Positions 38,222 to 48,296 of a DNA stretch of 64,000 bases are shown here, in pieces (position 1 is the stretch's first letter; each line of letters starts with the position of its first letter). The position numbers were made by a program, and so were the translations under genes. The notes beneath the pieces were generated by a model. That model saw nothing but the letters and a program-made list of their open reading frames with translations. It searched no databases and was not told the DNA's origin. Origin of the DNA: Myxococcota bacterium (lineage in GTDB: Bacteria > Myxococcota > JACRCW01); the NCBI GenBank assembly GCA_040752415.1, contig JBFMGU010000021.1:1-64000 (forward strand), read 5' to 3'.

Positions 38222-39394
38222 ATGTTGCCCGCCCATCCGCCCCAGCACGCCGCGCCGGACTCCCAGGCCCCGTCGTCCGCCCGGCTGGCGGGGTTGGACG
38301 TGTTGCGCGCGCTGGCCATCCTGCTGGTCATCCTGCACCACTACCGCTGGCTGCCGGGCTGTCCCACGTGGCTGCGCTGGTTCGCGCTGCGCGGCTCCGT
38401 GGGTGTGGACGTGTTCTTCGTCCTCAGCGGCTGGCTGGTGGGCGGGCAGTTGCTGCGCTCCGTGCGAAGGAGCGGCGCCGTCCCGTGGACCAGCTTCTGG
38501 CTGCGACGTTGGCTGCGCACGCTGCCGCCCTACTACGTATGCCTGCTGGGGCTGTGCCTGTTGGGTGAGGTGCCAACGACCCATCTCCCCGCGCTGGGGC
38601 TCTTCCTGCAGAACTACCTCGCGCCCTCGGATTGGCTCATCAGCTGGTCCTTGTGCGTGGAGGAGCACTTCTACCTGCTGCTCCCGGTGGTGGTGTTTCT
38701 CCTCGTCAAGCTGGGGCGCTGGCGGAGGGAGGCGGTGTTTGTCCTCGTGGGGGCGCTCTTCCTCCTGTCCCCCGTGATGCGCGCGTGGGCGCAGCCGGAG
38801 ATGGCGAAGGGGAGCTACAACGCGTTCCTCGGGAGCTTCTACGTCCCCACCCACCTGCGGCTGGAGGGGCTGGTGCTGGGCGTGGCGCTGGCGGCGGCGC
38901 ACGAGTGGCGCGTGGCAGCCTGGCGCTGGTTGGAGCAGCGCGCGGGGCTCTGCGCGGCCGTGGGCGCCACCATGGCGGTGCTGGCCACGTGGAACCCGTG
39001 GGTGACGGGGTGGACGGCCGACGGCCGGGAGCGCATGGCGTTCTTTGCCTCCGTGCCCGCCTTCACGCTGGTCAGCCTGGGTGTGGCGCTGATGATCCCC
39101 TGGTGCCTGACGGTGGGACGCACCGCGCGACTGGTGTGGGCCACGTTCCTGGCCGAGCACGCCTACACGCTCTACCTCACGCACGAGACCGTGGGTGACC
39201 TGGTCCGACGGGAGCTGCGTGGGCACGGCCTGGGCTTTGGCGTGTTGCTCGTCGTGGCGGTGCTGGGGTCCCTGGGGGTGTCCGTGGCGCTGCGCAGACT
39301 GGTGGAGGAACCGGTGCTGCGTCTGCGCGACCGGTGGCTGCGAGCGCGCGCCCGGCCGGATCACGACGTCACTGGAACCAGCGCGGCGGCCTGA
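38222..39394 (+). CDS. Acyltransferase-3 (OafA-like) membrane O-acyltransferase
   Basis: GLDVLRALAILLVILHH, GVDVFFVLSGWL, RRWLRTLP, WSLCVEEHFYL, LYLTH, LVEEP. Confidence 0.93.
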   Translation: MLPAHPPQHAAPDSQAPSSARLAGLDVLRALAILLVILHHYRWLPGCPTWLRWFALRGSVGVDVFFVLSGWLVGGQLLRSVRRSGAVPWTSFWLRRWLRTLPPYYVCLLGLCLLGEVPTTHLPALGLFLQNYLAPSDWLISWSLCVEEHFYLLLPVVVFLLVKLGRWRREAVFVLVGALFLLSPVMRAWAQPEMAKGSYNAFLGSFYVPTHLRLEGLVLGVALAAAHEWRVAAWRWLEQRAGLCAAVGATMAVLATWNPWVTGWTADGRERMAFFASVPAFTLVSLGVALMIPWCLTVGRTARLVWATFLAEHAYTLYLTHETVGDLVRRELRGHGLGFGVLLVVAVLGSLGVSVALRRLVEEPVLRLRDRWLRARARPDHDVTGTSAAA

Positions 39395-39893
39395 TCTGCG
39401 GCACGCGTGGCGGCTGCTTCTCGGCGGGGATGTCCGCCGGGTGCGCGGCGCGGCGGTGGAGCACCAGCCGGTTGTGCACGTCCACGACGCCCCGCACGCT
39501 CCAGGCAATGTCCTCGGCGCGGCGACGTTGCGCGCGGTCCGGGATGTTCCCGCTGAGGGTGACCTCGGCCTCGCGCACGGTGACCTCCACATCCCCGGCG
39601 TCGACGTGGGGATCCTCCGTGAGGGCAAGCGCCACGTCCTCCAGGATGCCGGCGTCGGGTCGCCGGTAGCGACGCGGACCCACGCCCGCGAACGTCCGCG
39701 TCCTCCCCGCGGGCCGGCTTCCCACGACGGAGCCGCGCGCTCGCCCCTGCTCCAGCTCGTCGCGGAAGTGGTGGGGCAACGTGATGGCGTGCATGCGTCC
39801 GCGTCCCGACTCCGCCGGGTTCTCCGGGGGTTTGCCCCAATCCGCCGTGGGGTGGTGCGGTCCGCCGCCGCGGTACGGGTCGCGGTAGCCCAT
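39369..39893 (-). CDS. BON-domain protein
   Basis: GPRRYRRPDAGILEDV..LTEDPHVDAGDVEVTV..VTLSG...AEDIA.SVRGVVDVHNRL; GGAG RBS. Confidence 0.88.
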   Translation of the reverse strand: MGYRDPYRGGGPHHPTADWGKPPENPAESGRGRMHAITLPHHFRDELEQGRARGSVVGSRPAGRTRTFAGVGPRRYRRPDAGILEDVALALTEDPHVDAGDVEVTVREAEVTLSGNIPDRAQRRRAEDIAWSVRGVVDVHNRLVLHRRAAHPADIPAEKQPPRVPQIRPPRWFQ

Positions 39894-39975
39894 GGACTCC
39901 CTCCGTCGGACGATGTGGGCGAGCGCGCACGTGGCGGCAAGCTGGGACGGCGCCATGAACCGGCGCCCCGGTTGC

Positions 39976-41142
39976 TCACTCGAAGGTGAAGGCCTTCTTC
40001 CCGGCGCCGCTGCGCACGCTCTCCACCACCGCGGCGTCAAACGTGTCCTTGTCCTTCCCCTTCTTCTGCTGCGCGGCAAGGTACGCCTGGCGCTTGGCTT
40101 CCAGCTCGCGGATCTTCGCCTGCAGCGCGGCGCGCTTGCGCTCCATCTCCGCCACGTAGGCCTTGCGCTGCTCCGGCGTCATGCCCTTCATCTCGGCGGG
40201 CAGCTCGTCGTCGGCCATGGCCTCCAGCGCAACCTTGCCCTCCTTCTGCGCGTCCACCAGGTCCCAGCCGTCGTTGCGGTAGTGCGCGGAGCTCTTGGCC
40301 ACGCTGCGCGCCACCACCGCCGCCGGGGCCGCCGCCTGCGCGTTGCTGTCCTGCTTCTTCTGGCGCTCCTTCATCTCGCCGCCCTTGTTGCCGTAGGCCA
40401 CGTAGGTGCTGTTGAGCTGCTCACCCAGGCGGGCAATCTCCTCGTCGTGCGGCGTGGCCACGTAGGTGGCGACCTTGTTGTGGTCGATGATGGAGAAGCG
40501 TCCGTCGGCCAGCAGCGCGGCCTGCTTCCAACCGCCGGCAACACCCTCGTGCTCGCTGCCGCAGTGGATGGTGTTGACGGTGATGTCCTGCTTGAGCGCG
40601 CGCTTGATGGCGTCGGGGAAGTTCACCGGCCCCTGCGTAAAGGGCTCATTGCCGGCGATGAAGATGGTCTTGAGCGCGTCGGCATCCTGGCTCCACTGGA
40701 GCTCGGTCACCGCGGTGTCGATCACCTTGCCGCACCACTCACTGCCGCCGTTGGTGCGCAGGCCAAACAGCGCCTCGGAGATGCGGTCCAGGTCGGTGGT
40801 CAGCGGCACCACCTGGCGGATGTAGCCCTTCTCGGCGGAGAGGCCGTCGTTGCCGTACTCGTACAGCGCCACCTCCAGACGCGGGACCTGGCCGCGCTTC
40901 CGCGCCCGCGCGAACTCATTGACGATGCTCCACAGCTGCGTCTTGGCCTGGCCGATGAGGCCGTCCATGGAGCCCGAGGTGTCGAGCAGGATGGCCAGCT
41001 GGATGAGCGGCTGCTTGCCCTGCGGGGCCACGCGCGCGGGCGTGGGGTCGGGGTCGGCGTGAAGCGCGGCGGTGGCGAAGAGGCACGCCGCCAGCGTGGC
41101 GGTCATGCGCAGGGCGAGGTTCTGGAGGGTGGTGCGCAGCAT
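39976..41142 (-). CDS. Secreted von Willebrand factor A domain protein
   Basis: Signal peptide ending ALHA; MIDAS motif LLDTSGSMD; C-terminal coiled coil. Confidence 0.88.
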   Translation of the reverse strand: MLRTTLQNLALRMTATLAACLFATAALHADPDPTPARVAPQGKQPLIQLAILLDTSGSMDGLIGQAKTQLWSIVNEFARARKRGQVPRLEVALYEYGNDGLSAEKGYIRQVVPLTTDLDRISEALFGLRTNGGSEWCGKVIDTAVTELQWSQDADALKTIFIAGNEPFTQGPVNFPDAIKRALKQDITVNTIHCGSEHEGVAGGWKQAALLADGRFSIIDHNKVATYVATPHDEEIARLGEQLNSTYVAYGNKGGEMKERQKKQDSNAQAAAPAAVVARSVAKSSAHYRNDGWDLVDAQKEGKVALEAMADDELPAEMKGMTPEQRKAYVAEMERKRAALQAKIRELEAKRQAYLAAQQKKGKDKDTFDAAVVESVRSGAGKKAFTFE

Positions 41143-41263
41143 GGCGGGCTCCGGTGGGGAGGGGATGCCCGCTATCAACGGCCCGCCCGCGCGCGCGGTC
41201 TGCGCCGGATCACCACGCGGGACAACCCCTGGATCTGCCACGTCTTTCCGGGAACCCACCGGA

Positions 41264-44104
41264 TCACGGCGCGCGGATCACCAGGATGCTGTGCTCGTCA
41301 TGGTCGGCCACCACCACGTCGCCCGCGGGGGTCACGGCAATGCCGAGCATGCGGTTGAAGCTGCCGGGCAGCGCGCCGGTGAGCACGCCGCGACGGTTCA
41401 CCACGCCCGCCACGGTGGTGACGGTGCCGTCGGGAGCGACCTTGCGGATGGTGCGATTCGCGGTGTCGGCCACGTAGAGGTTTCCGGCCGGGTCGCGCGC
41501 CAGCGCGGAGGGGAAGGAGAAGCGTGCCGCGCTGCCCACGCCGTCGGTGGCGCCAATGCTGTCGGCGGTGCCCACCAGCGTGGTGACGACGCCACCGGGG
41601 GTCACCTTGCGGATGACGTGGTTCTCGGTGTCCGCCACCAGCAGGTTCCCCTCCGCGTCCACCACGACGTCCTTGGGGTCATCAAAGCGCGCGGCCTGGC
41701 CCGTGCCGTTGGTGTTGCCGGAAGTATCCGCGCGCCCCGCCAGCGTGGTCACGGTGCCGTCGGGAGCAATGGCGCGGATGGTGTGGTTGCCCGTGTCCGC
41801 GACGAACAACGTGCCCGCGGCATCCACGGCAATGCCCTGCGGGGCGTCGAACAACGCGGCGCTGCCAACGCCGTCGGCGCTCCCCGCCGTGCCGGCCGTG
41901 CCGGCCACCGTGCGCACCACGCCCTCCGCCGAGAGCGCGCGCACCGTGTGGTTCCCGCTCTCGACGACGTAGAGCGTGCCGTCGCTGGCCAGGGCGAGAC
42001 CCGCGGGCAGGTTGAAGCGCGCATCCGCGGCGGGGCCGTCCACCGCGTCGGCCTCACCGGGGCTCCCCGCCAACAGGCTCACCACGCCGTCGGGACTGAT
42101 GCGACGCAGCGTGTGGTTCTCCGTGTCGCTGACGTAGAGGTTGCCCACGGCGTCGGCTTCCACGTCGCCAGGCGCGTTGAAGCGGGCCTCCGCGGCGGGC
42201 CCGTTGGCGCTGCCGATGTTGGGGGGCAGGCCCAGGAAGGTGGCCACGTTGCCTTGCAGGTCCACGGTGCGGATGACGTGGTTGTCGCTGTCGGCGAGGT
42301 AGATGGTGCCGTTGGGCGCCTGCAGGAATCCGCGCGGGGCATTGAAGCGCGCCTGGTCTCCCGTCCCGTCGACCCAACCCGGTTGTCCCGCCGCGCCCGC
42401 CAACGTGGTGACGCCGTTGTTGCGGTCCATGAGGCGGACGGCGTGGTTCTCGGTGTCGCCAATGAGCACCTGGCCGTCGTCGAGCGCGGTGATGCCGCGG
42501 GGGAAGCGGAACCGCGCCACGCTGCCGGTGCCATCCCGTGAGCCCACGTTGTCCGCGGTCCCCGCCAGCGTGGTCACCGACGGAGAGGGCACGAGCGTGA
42601 TGCGCCGGATGATGTGGTTGTCCTTGTCGGCGAGGAGGAGCGTACCGCCGGGCTCGGCGAAGAGGCCGTAGGGCACCTCGAAGCGCGCCACGGTGGCGTC
42701 GCCGTCCGCTTCCCCGGGCGTGGTGGCACCGAGGATGGTGGTGACCTCACCGGTGATGCTCACCTTGCGGATGAGGTGGTTGGAGCTGTCCGCGACATAC
42801 AGGTTCCCGTCGGTGGCCAGCGCGAGGCCGAAGGGCTCACTGAAGCGGGCCGCGGTGCCCGTTCCGTCGGCGGAGCCGGTGACGCCCGGGCTCCCTGCCA
42901 GCGTGCTGACGGTGTTGCCGCTGATGACGCGGATGGTGCTGTTGCCGGTGTCGACGACAAAGATGTTGCCGTCGGCGTCGGTGGCAATGCCGTTGGGGTT
43001 GTTGAAGCGCGCGGCGGAGAGCGCGCCATCCGTGCTGCCCGAGCCCCCGGAGCGCCCGGCCAGCAGCGACACGCGCCCCTCGTTGTCGACGTGCTTGATG
43101 CAGTGGCCACTCCACTCGGTGAACACCAGGGTGTCGTCGGGGAGCGGGGCCAGGAAGAAGGGAGTGGCAATGCGCGCGCGCTGCCCGGTGTCCGAGGCGT
43201 TCCCTGCCCCGCCCACGGCGCCCGCCAACACCTCCACGCCGTGGTCCGCCACCACCACGTCGAGGGCGCCTGGCGCGGAGGTGTCCCCGGCGAGGTTGGT
43301 GACCCGGCAGGTGAGCTGGGCGGGGCCGGGCGCTCCCGCGGCCCAGGTGATGGTGCGTGTTCCCTGGCCGCCCAGGATGGCCCCCCCGGCCACAGTCCAC
43401 TGGTAGGCGCTGCTGGTCTGCGCGTCCGTCCACGCCACCAGGCCCACGCGTCCCGTCGTCACGCGGGTGGTGGTCACGTGGATGACGGGAGTCTGTGGCG
43501 CCGCCACCACGGTGACCTGCGCGGAAGCGGTGACCGTGGGGGCATCCCGCAGCTGCACGGAAACCACGTCGTCACCGGGCTCCGCGGGGGCGGTGTAGTT
43601 GCCTTCCTCGTCGACCGCGCCGCGCAGCGCGCTCCATTCCACCGCGCGGTCCTGCGGTTGCACCGTGGCGGTGAAAGCGTAGGTGGCGCCCGTGGACACG
43701 ATGGCGGCCGCGGGCTCCACGCGCACCTCCCACGTCCCCGACGAGCTGCTGGACGTGCTGGAGCTGCTCCCCGTGCCGCCGGACGTGGACGACGAGGCAC
43801 TGGAGCTTGACGAGCTCGACGACGCCGACGACGCGGAGGTTGACGACGACGAGGACGCCGCGGAAGCGGACGAGGCGGCACCGAGGGAGCCCTGTCCGTC
43901 GTCGGGAGCGCCGGGGGTGCAGGTTCCGTCGTCGCAGTGCTGGTCGCGGCCGCAGTCGCCGTGCGCGTTGCACAGGCGGGTGCAGCGACCGTCGCGGCGG
44001 ACCTCATCCTCCGCGCACTCGGTACATCCCTGGATGGAAAGGACGCCCCCGAGCGCGGCCAGCGCCATCACCCAGCCCACGTGGTGGGGTCCGCCCAGCC
44101 GCAT
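41264..44104 (-). CDS. Lipoprotein: Cys module, Ser-rich linker, Ig-like domains, ~11-12 NHL repeats
   Basis: LSIQGC lipobox; CNAHGDCGRDQHCDDGTC; repeated 'G..DG....ARF..P.G.A.D..GNLYVADT.NH.IR.I'. Confidence 0.9.
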   Translation of the reverse strand: MRLGGPHHVGWVMALAALGGVLSIQGCTECAEDEVRRDGRCTRLCNAHGDCGRDQHCDDGTCTPGAPDDGQGSLGAASSASAASSSSSTSASSASSSSSSSSASSSTSGGTGSSSSTSSSSSGTWEVRVEPAAAIVSTGATYAFTATVQPQDRAVEWSALRGAVDEEGNYTAPAEPGDDVVSVQLRDAPTVTASAQVTVVAAPQTPVIHVTTTRVTTGRVGLVAWTDAQTSSAYQWTVAGGAILGGQGTRTITWAAGAPGPAQLTCRVTNLAGDTSAPGALDVVVADHGVEVLAGAVGGAGNASDTGQRARIATPFFLAPLPDDTLVFTEWSGHCIKHVDNEGRVSLLAGRSGGSGSTDGALSAARFNNPNGIATDADGNIFVVDTGNSTIRVISGNTVSTLAGSPGVTGSADGTGTAARFSEPFGLALATDGNLYVADSSNHLIRKVSITGEVTTILGATTPGEADGDATVARFEVPYGLFAEPGGTLLLADKDNHIIRRITLVPSPSVTTLAGTADNVGSRDGTGSVARFRFPRGITALDDGQVLIGDTENHAVRLMDRNNGVTTLAGAAGQPGWVDGTGDQARFNAPRGFLQAPNGTIYLADSDNHVIRTVDLQGNVATFLGLPPNIGSANGPAAEARFNAPGDVEADAVGNLYVSDTENHTLRRISPDGVVSLLAGSPGEADAVDGPAADARFNLPAGLALASDGTLYVVESGNHTVRALSAEGVVRTVAGTAGTAGSADGVGSAALFDAPQGIAVDAAGTLFVADTGNHTIRAIAPDGTVTTLAGRADTSGNTNGTGQAARFDDPKDVVVDAEGNLLVADTENHVIRKVTPGGVVTTLVGTADSIGATDGVGSAARFSFPSALARDPAGNLYVADTANRTIRKVAPDGTVTTVAGVVNRRGVLTGALPGSFNRMLGIAVTPAGDVVVADHDEHSILVIRAP

Positions 44105-44157
44105 GGCGTCTCTATATCACGCGCCGCTCACTCCGGCGCCGCGGCCTGCCCCGTGTC

Positions 44158-45906
44158 TCAGCGCCCCAACGCCTCGTCGACGAGCTTCCGGGCCTGGGCG
44201 GCCACCTCTTCCACCTTCACCAGCTTCACGTCCTTGGACGCGCGCAGCTTGAGCTCGGCATTGCCGTCCTTGAGGCCCTTCTTGCCCACGCTGATGCGGA
44301 TGGGGAAGCCAATGAGGTCGGCGTCCTTGAACTTCACGCCGGGACGCTCATTGCGGTCATCCAGCACCGTCTCCACGCCCAGCGCGTTGAGCTGGGTGTA
44401 GATCTTCTCCGCCGTCTCGGCGAGCTCCGGCTCCGGGCCCAGGGGCAGCACCACGCAGTGGTAGGGCGCCAGGGCCATGGGCCAGATGATGCCGTCGGCG
44501 TCGTGGTTCTGCTCAATGGACGCGGCAATGGTGCGGCCCACGCCCACGCCGTAGCAGCCCATCACCATGGGTTTCTCCACGCCCTTCTCGTCGAGATGGT
44601 GGCACTTGAGCGGGGCGCTGTACTTGGTGCCGAGGTAGAACACGTGCCCCACCTCGATGCCGCGGTGCGCGGTGAACTTCCCCTTGCCGCAACGGCCGCA
44701 GGTGTCGTCGCCGCCGGCGGTGAGCACGTCCGCCACCACGTCACCCTTGAAGTGGGTGCCGTAGCGCACGCCGGTGTAGTGGTGCTCCGCCTGGTTGCCG
44801 CCGGTGACCCAGGGACGCTCTCCCGGGCCGGCCTCCGCCACGGTGCGGTCGACGAGGATCTTCACCTTGCCGCGCACCGCGTCGGGCAGCGCGTGGGGAC
44901 CCATGTAGCCCTCCACGAGGCCCGCGCGCGCCAGCTCCTCCTTCTCCGCGGGACGGATGAGGCTGCCCTTCACCGCCGCCTTCACCTTGATCTCGTTGGT
45001 CTCGCGGTGGCCGGGCACCAGCACCATCCACAGCACGTCGTCGACCAGGTACACCACGCTCTTGAGCGTCAGCGAAGGATGCAGCCCCAGGAACGCCGCC
45101 ACCTCCGCGCAGCTCTGCTTGCCCGGCGTGGGCGTCAACCGCGGCTCGACGGGCGCCTGCACCTTGTCATGGCCCTCCAGCGCAATGGCCTTCACCTCCG
45201 CCTTCTCCACGTTGGCGGCGTAGTTGCAGCTGGTGCAGGCCACAATGGCGTCCTCCCCGCTCTCCGCCAGCACCTGGAACTCGTGGCTGCGCGTGCCGCC
45301 GATGTTGCCGGTGTCCGCCTCCACGGGACGGAACTTCAGGCCGCAGCGGCTGAAGATGCGGTTGTAGCAGTCATACATCTCGTCATACGTCTTGAGCGCG
45401 CCCGCCTCGTCGACGTCGAACGAGTAGCCGTCCTTCATGGTGAACTCGCGGCCGCGCATCAGGCCGAAGCGGGGACGGATCTCGTCACGGAACTTGGTCT
45501 GGATCTGGAAGAGGTTCTTGGGCAGGTCGCGGTAGCTCTTGACCTCGTCACGCACCAGCGCGGTGATGGCTTCCTCGGCGGTGGGGGCGTAGCAGTAGTC
45601 GGTGCCCTTGCGGTCCTTGAAGCGGAGCAGCTCCGGCCCGTACTGCTGCCAGCGACCACTCTCGACCCACAGCTCCGCGGGCTGCACCGTGGGCAGGAGC
45701 ACCTCCTGGCAGCCCGAGCGGGTGAGCTCCTCACGCAGGATGGCCTCGAACTTGCGGATGCTGCGCAGGCCGAGCGGCAGGTAGTTGTAGACGCCGGCGG
45801 CCACCTTGCGGATGAGGCCGGCGCGGATCATGAGCTGGTGGCTGATCACCTGCGCGTCGGAGGGGGTTTCCTTGACGGTGGGGACCAGCAGACGGGTCAT
45901 ACGCAT
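44158..45906 (-). CDS. proS: Proline--tRNA ligase (bacterial type with editing insertion)
   Basis: SHQLMIRAG, FRDEIRPRFGLMRGREF, GIEVGHVFYLGTKYS, MGCYGVGVGR, KFKDADLIG. Confidence 0.98.
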   Translation of the reverse strand: MRMTRLLVPTVKETPSDAQVISHQLMIRAGLIRKVAAGVYNYLPLGLRSIRKFEAILREELTRSGCQEVLLPTVQPAELWVESGRWQQYGPELLRFKDRKGTDYCYAPTAEEAITALVRDEVKSYRDLPKNLFQIQTKFRDEIRPRFGLMRGREFTMKDGYSFDVDEAGALKTYDEMYDCYNRIFSRCGLKFRPVEADTGNIGGTRSHEFQVLAESGEDAIVACTSCNYAANVEKAEVKAIALEGHDKVQAPVEPRLTPTPGKQSCAEVAAFLGLHPSLTLKSVVYLVDDVLWMVLVPGHRETNEIKVKAAVKGSLIRPAEKEELARAGLVEGYMGPHALPDAVRGKVKILVDRTVAEAGPGERPWVTGGNQAEHHYTGVRYGTHFKGDVVADVLTAGGDDTCGRCGKGKFTAHRGIEVGHVFYLGTKYSAPLKCHHLDEKGVEKPMVMGCYGVGVGRTIAASIEQNHDADGIIWPMALAPYHCVVLPLGPEPELAETAEKIYTQLNALGVETVLDDRNERPGVKFKDADLIGFPIRISVGKKGLKDGNAELKLRASKDVKLVKVEEVAAQARKLVDEALGR

Positions 45907-45994
45907 GGGTGTCTCTCCACGGGGGCGCGCACCCTAGCACCGCAGGGTCCGTGCGTCCGCTACCCAGCAAGCTGGCCGTGCTGACGGTGGCGTT

Positions 45995-48283
45995 TCACAG
46001 CCCGCAGGTCTCGGTGGCGCCGCCATTGTTGAACTCATGCGCGCCCATGGACGGCGTGGTGTCGCGGGTCGCGCCGGAGTGGTCCCCCGGCACCCCCAGG
46101 TCCAGCGACGAGTTCCGCACCTGGCACGGCGCCTCCTGGGCCAGGGGCCAGCCATCCAACGGGATGTCGTAGCTCGTGAGATCGCCGCGGAAGTCATCCC
46201 AGCCGTCCTCACCGCTGAACCCCGCGAAGATGCGCGGGTTGCACCCCGCCGCGGTCCCGCACGCCCCATCCACCAGGCACTGGGCGTCGCCGGTGCAGTT
46301 GTCCTTGATGGTGACGTTGCCGGCCATGAGCAGGGTGGCGTCGGCGCTGGTGAGGCGACTGACGGCGCCCTGCATGGAGCCCACCGTCGTCGTCGTCGCG
46401 CAGGCGGTGCGGAAGTGCAGGATGTACTGCTGTGAGAGCATGGCATTGTTGGCCAGCGTCCCCTCGATGCTGATGGGGCACCCGTCGAAGCACATGCTGG
46501 AGCCGGGCCCCACGCCGAACAGGATGTTGTTCTGGATGTTGAAGGCGTGGTCCGCGCCGTGGACGCTGAGCGCGCAACCTTGCGGGTTGTAGTTGAAGGA
46601 CTTCCCGGACAGCACGGTGTTGTGCCACACGCGCGTGTTGGCGGCGCCGTTGTGGATGCGGATTCCCACCGTGAGGCGTTGTCCGCCAGTGGCGTCGGCG
46701 TGGTTGCCGCCGTGGATGAGGTTGTTGATGAGCTCCACGTCGGTGCTCTGCTGGACCAGCACGGCGTGGGTGACGCCGGCGTTGGGCGCATCTCCGCCGA
46801 AGATTCGGCTGTTGAGGACCGACACCCTCCCCGTGGACCCGAGCGAGATCCCCACCGGCCCGGTGGCGGCGGACGAGGCGGCGCCGGTGCCACCGCTGAT
46901 GTAGTTGTACGACACGTCGGCGGCGGCGTTGCCCACCACGCGCACCCCGACGGAGGGGAATGCGCTGCCGTCGACGCTGGAGCCGGAACCGCCATCAATG
47001 AAGTTGAACTGGAGCAACGGCGCAACCCCGCCCTCGAGCCAGAGCCCGACGGAGCCGTCGGACGCGCTCAGGCCCGTCCCGCTGCCACCCTGGATGACGT
47101 TGTTGTTGATGTCCGCGCTTCCGGCGTCGCCCGCCACCAACAGCCCAATGCTGGCCGGGCTCACCACCCCGGTGCGTCCACCTCCGCCTTGGATGAGGTT
47201 GTGCTGGATGCTGGGCGCGGCGGAGTCACGGACGAGCACCCCCACGGACTGGGCGGCGGTGGTGCCGCTGGAGGCGGCCGCGCCGATCACGTGGTTGTGC
47301 GCGAACAGCGTGTTGGAGGTGATGGAGGCGCTCTTGATCTCGACGGTGACCTCATTGCCCACGGCGTTGGCGATGCCGCGGAAGGTGAAGCCGCTGACCT
47401 CCAGGGGCGGAGAGCCCGGGTTGCGCGTGCCCATGACCAGGGCGCGGCCGCTGTTGGGCTGAACCGTGGTCTCATTGACGTCGTTGAAATCGGGATAGCC
47501 GAAGGTGGTGTTGCTGCGTTGCCACGTGGTGCAGTCGTGGCCGCCGAGCAGCGACACCGGTGTCTCGACGACGACGCTTTCCCGGTAGGTCCCCGCGCAG
47601 ACCAGCACGCGGGTGACCTGACCGGTGGCCTGTTGCAGACCGCGAGCGATGGTGCGCACCGGGGTCATGGAGTTCAAGCCCGTGTTGCTGTCGTCGCCAC
47701 ACATGGCGGAGACGAAGACCGTGTTGGGATAGTTCACGTTGGGGAGGTTGGAGCACGGGTCGCCGCCGGAGCTCGATGAGGATGACGCGCTCGACGCGGC
47801 GCTGGAGGAGGACGCGCCGGACGACGAGGACGACGAAGAGCTGGAGGAAGAAGAGGACGAGGACGCGCTCGACACGCTTGCACTGGTCGAGGTGGTGGTC
47901 GCGGACGAGCTGGAGGCACCTCCGCTCGACGAGCTGGTGACACCTCCCGACGAGGTGGCGGACGACGTGGAGGAGGAGGTGGTGGAGCTGGCCGCCACGA
48001 AAGAGGAGGCCACACCGGTGGAGGTCGTCGACGAGCCCGAGGACGACGAGCTCTCCGCGCTGGAGCTGACCCCACCGGAAGAGGAGCTGCTGGAGACCGT
48101 GGCCCCCGACGACGAGCTCGTGCTCGCAGCACCGGTGGGGCGGGGACGGCAGACGCCCTCGTCACAGAAGTTTTCCGGGCGGCACTCGCTGTCACCGCTG
48201 CACGGTTCCTGGGGCCACCAGGCGTCGAAGCAACCGACAAGGCCCAGCACCATCACGACGACGTGGAGCTTGCGTGTGCGCAC
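45995..48283 (-). CDS. Lipoprotein: Cys module, ~120-aa Ser-rich linker, DUF1565-like cap and right-handed beta-helix
   Basis: LGLVGC lipobox; CSGDSECRPENFCDEGVC; VFVSAMCGDDSNTGL..PVRTI; repeated 'I.NN.I.GG.G....SVG'. Confidence 0.85.
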   Translation of the reverse strand: MRTRKLHVVVMVLGLVGCFDAWWPQEPCSGDSECRPENFCDEGVCRPRPTGAASTSSSSGATVSSSSSSGGVSSSAESSSSSGSSTTSTGVASSFVAASSTTSSSTSSATSSGGVTSSSSGGASSSSATTTSTSASVSSASSSSSSSSSSSSSSSGASSSSAASSASSSSSSGGDPCSNLPNVNYPNTVFVSAMCGDDSNTGLNSMTPVRTIARGLQQATGQVTRVLVCAGTYRESVVVETPVSLLGGHDCTTWQRSNTTFGYPDFNDVNETTVQPNSGRALVMGTRNPGSPPLEVSGFTFRGIANAVGNEVTVEIKSASITSNTLFAHNHVIGAAASSGTTAAQSVGVLVRDSAAPSIQHNLIQGGGGRTGVVSPASIGLLVAGDAGSADINNNVIQGGSGTGLSASDGSVGLWLEGGVAPLLQFNFIDGGSGSSVDGSAFPSVGVRVVGNAAADVSYNYISGGTGAASSAATGPVGISLGSTGRVSVLNSRIFGGDAPNAGVTHAVLVQQSTDVELINNLIHGGNHADATGGQRLTVGIRIHNGAANTRVWHNTVLSGKSFNYNPQGCALSVHGADHAFNIQNNILFGVGPGSSMCFDGCPISIEGTLANNAMLSQQYILHFRTACATTTTVGSMQGAVSRLTSADATLLMAGNVTIKDNCTGDAQCLVDGACGTAAGCNPRIFAGFSGEDGWDDFRGDLTSYDIPLDGWPLAQEAPCQVRNSSLDLGVPGDHSGATRDTTPSMGAHEFNNGGATETCGL

Positions 48284-48296
48284 GGGACGCCCCCTC

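Noticed and set aside
39369..39394. 26-bp tail-to-tail overlap of the acyltransferase and BON genes
   Set aside because: Short convergent overlaps are common in high-GC genomes; nothing indicates a function.
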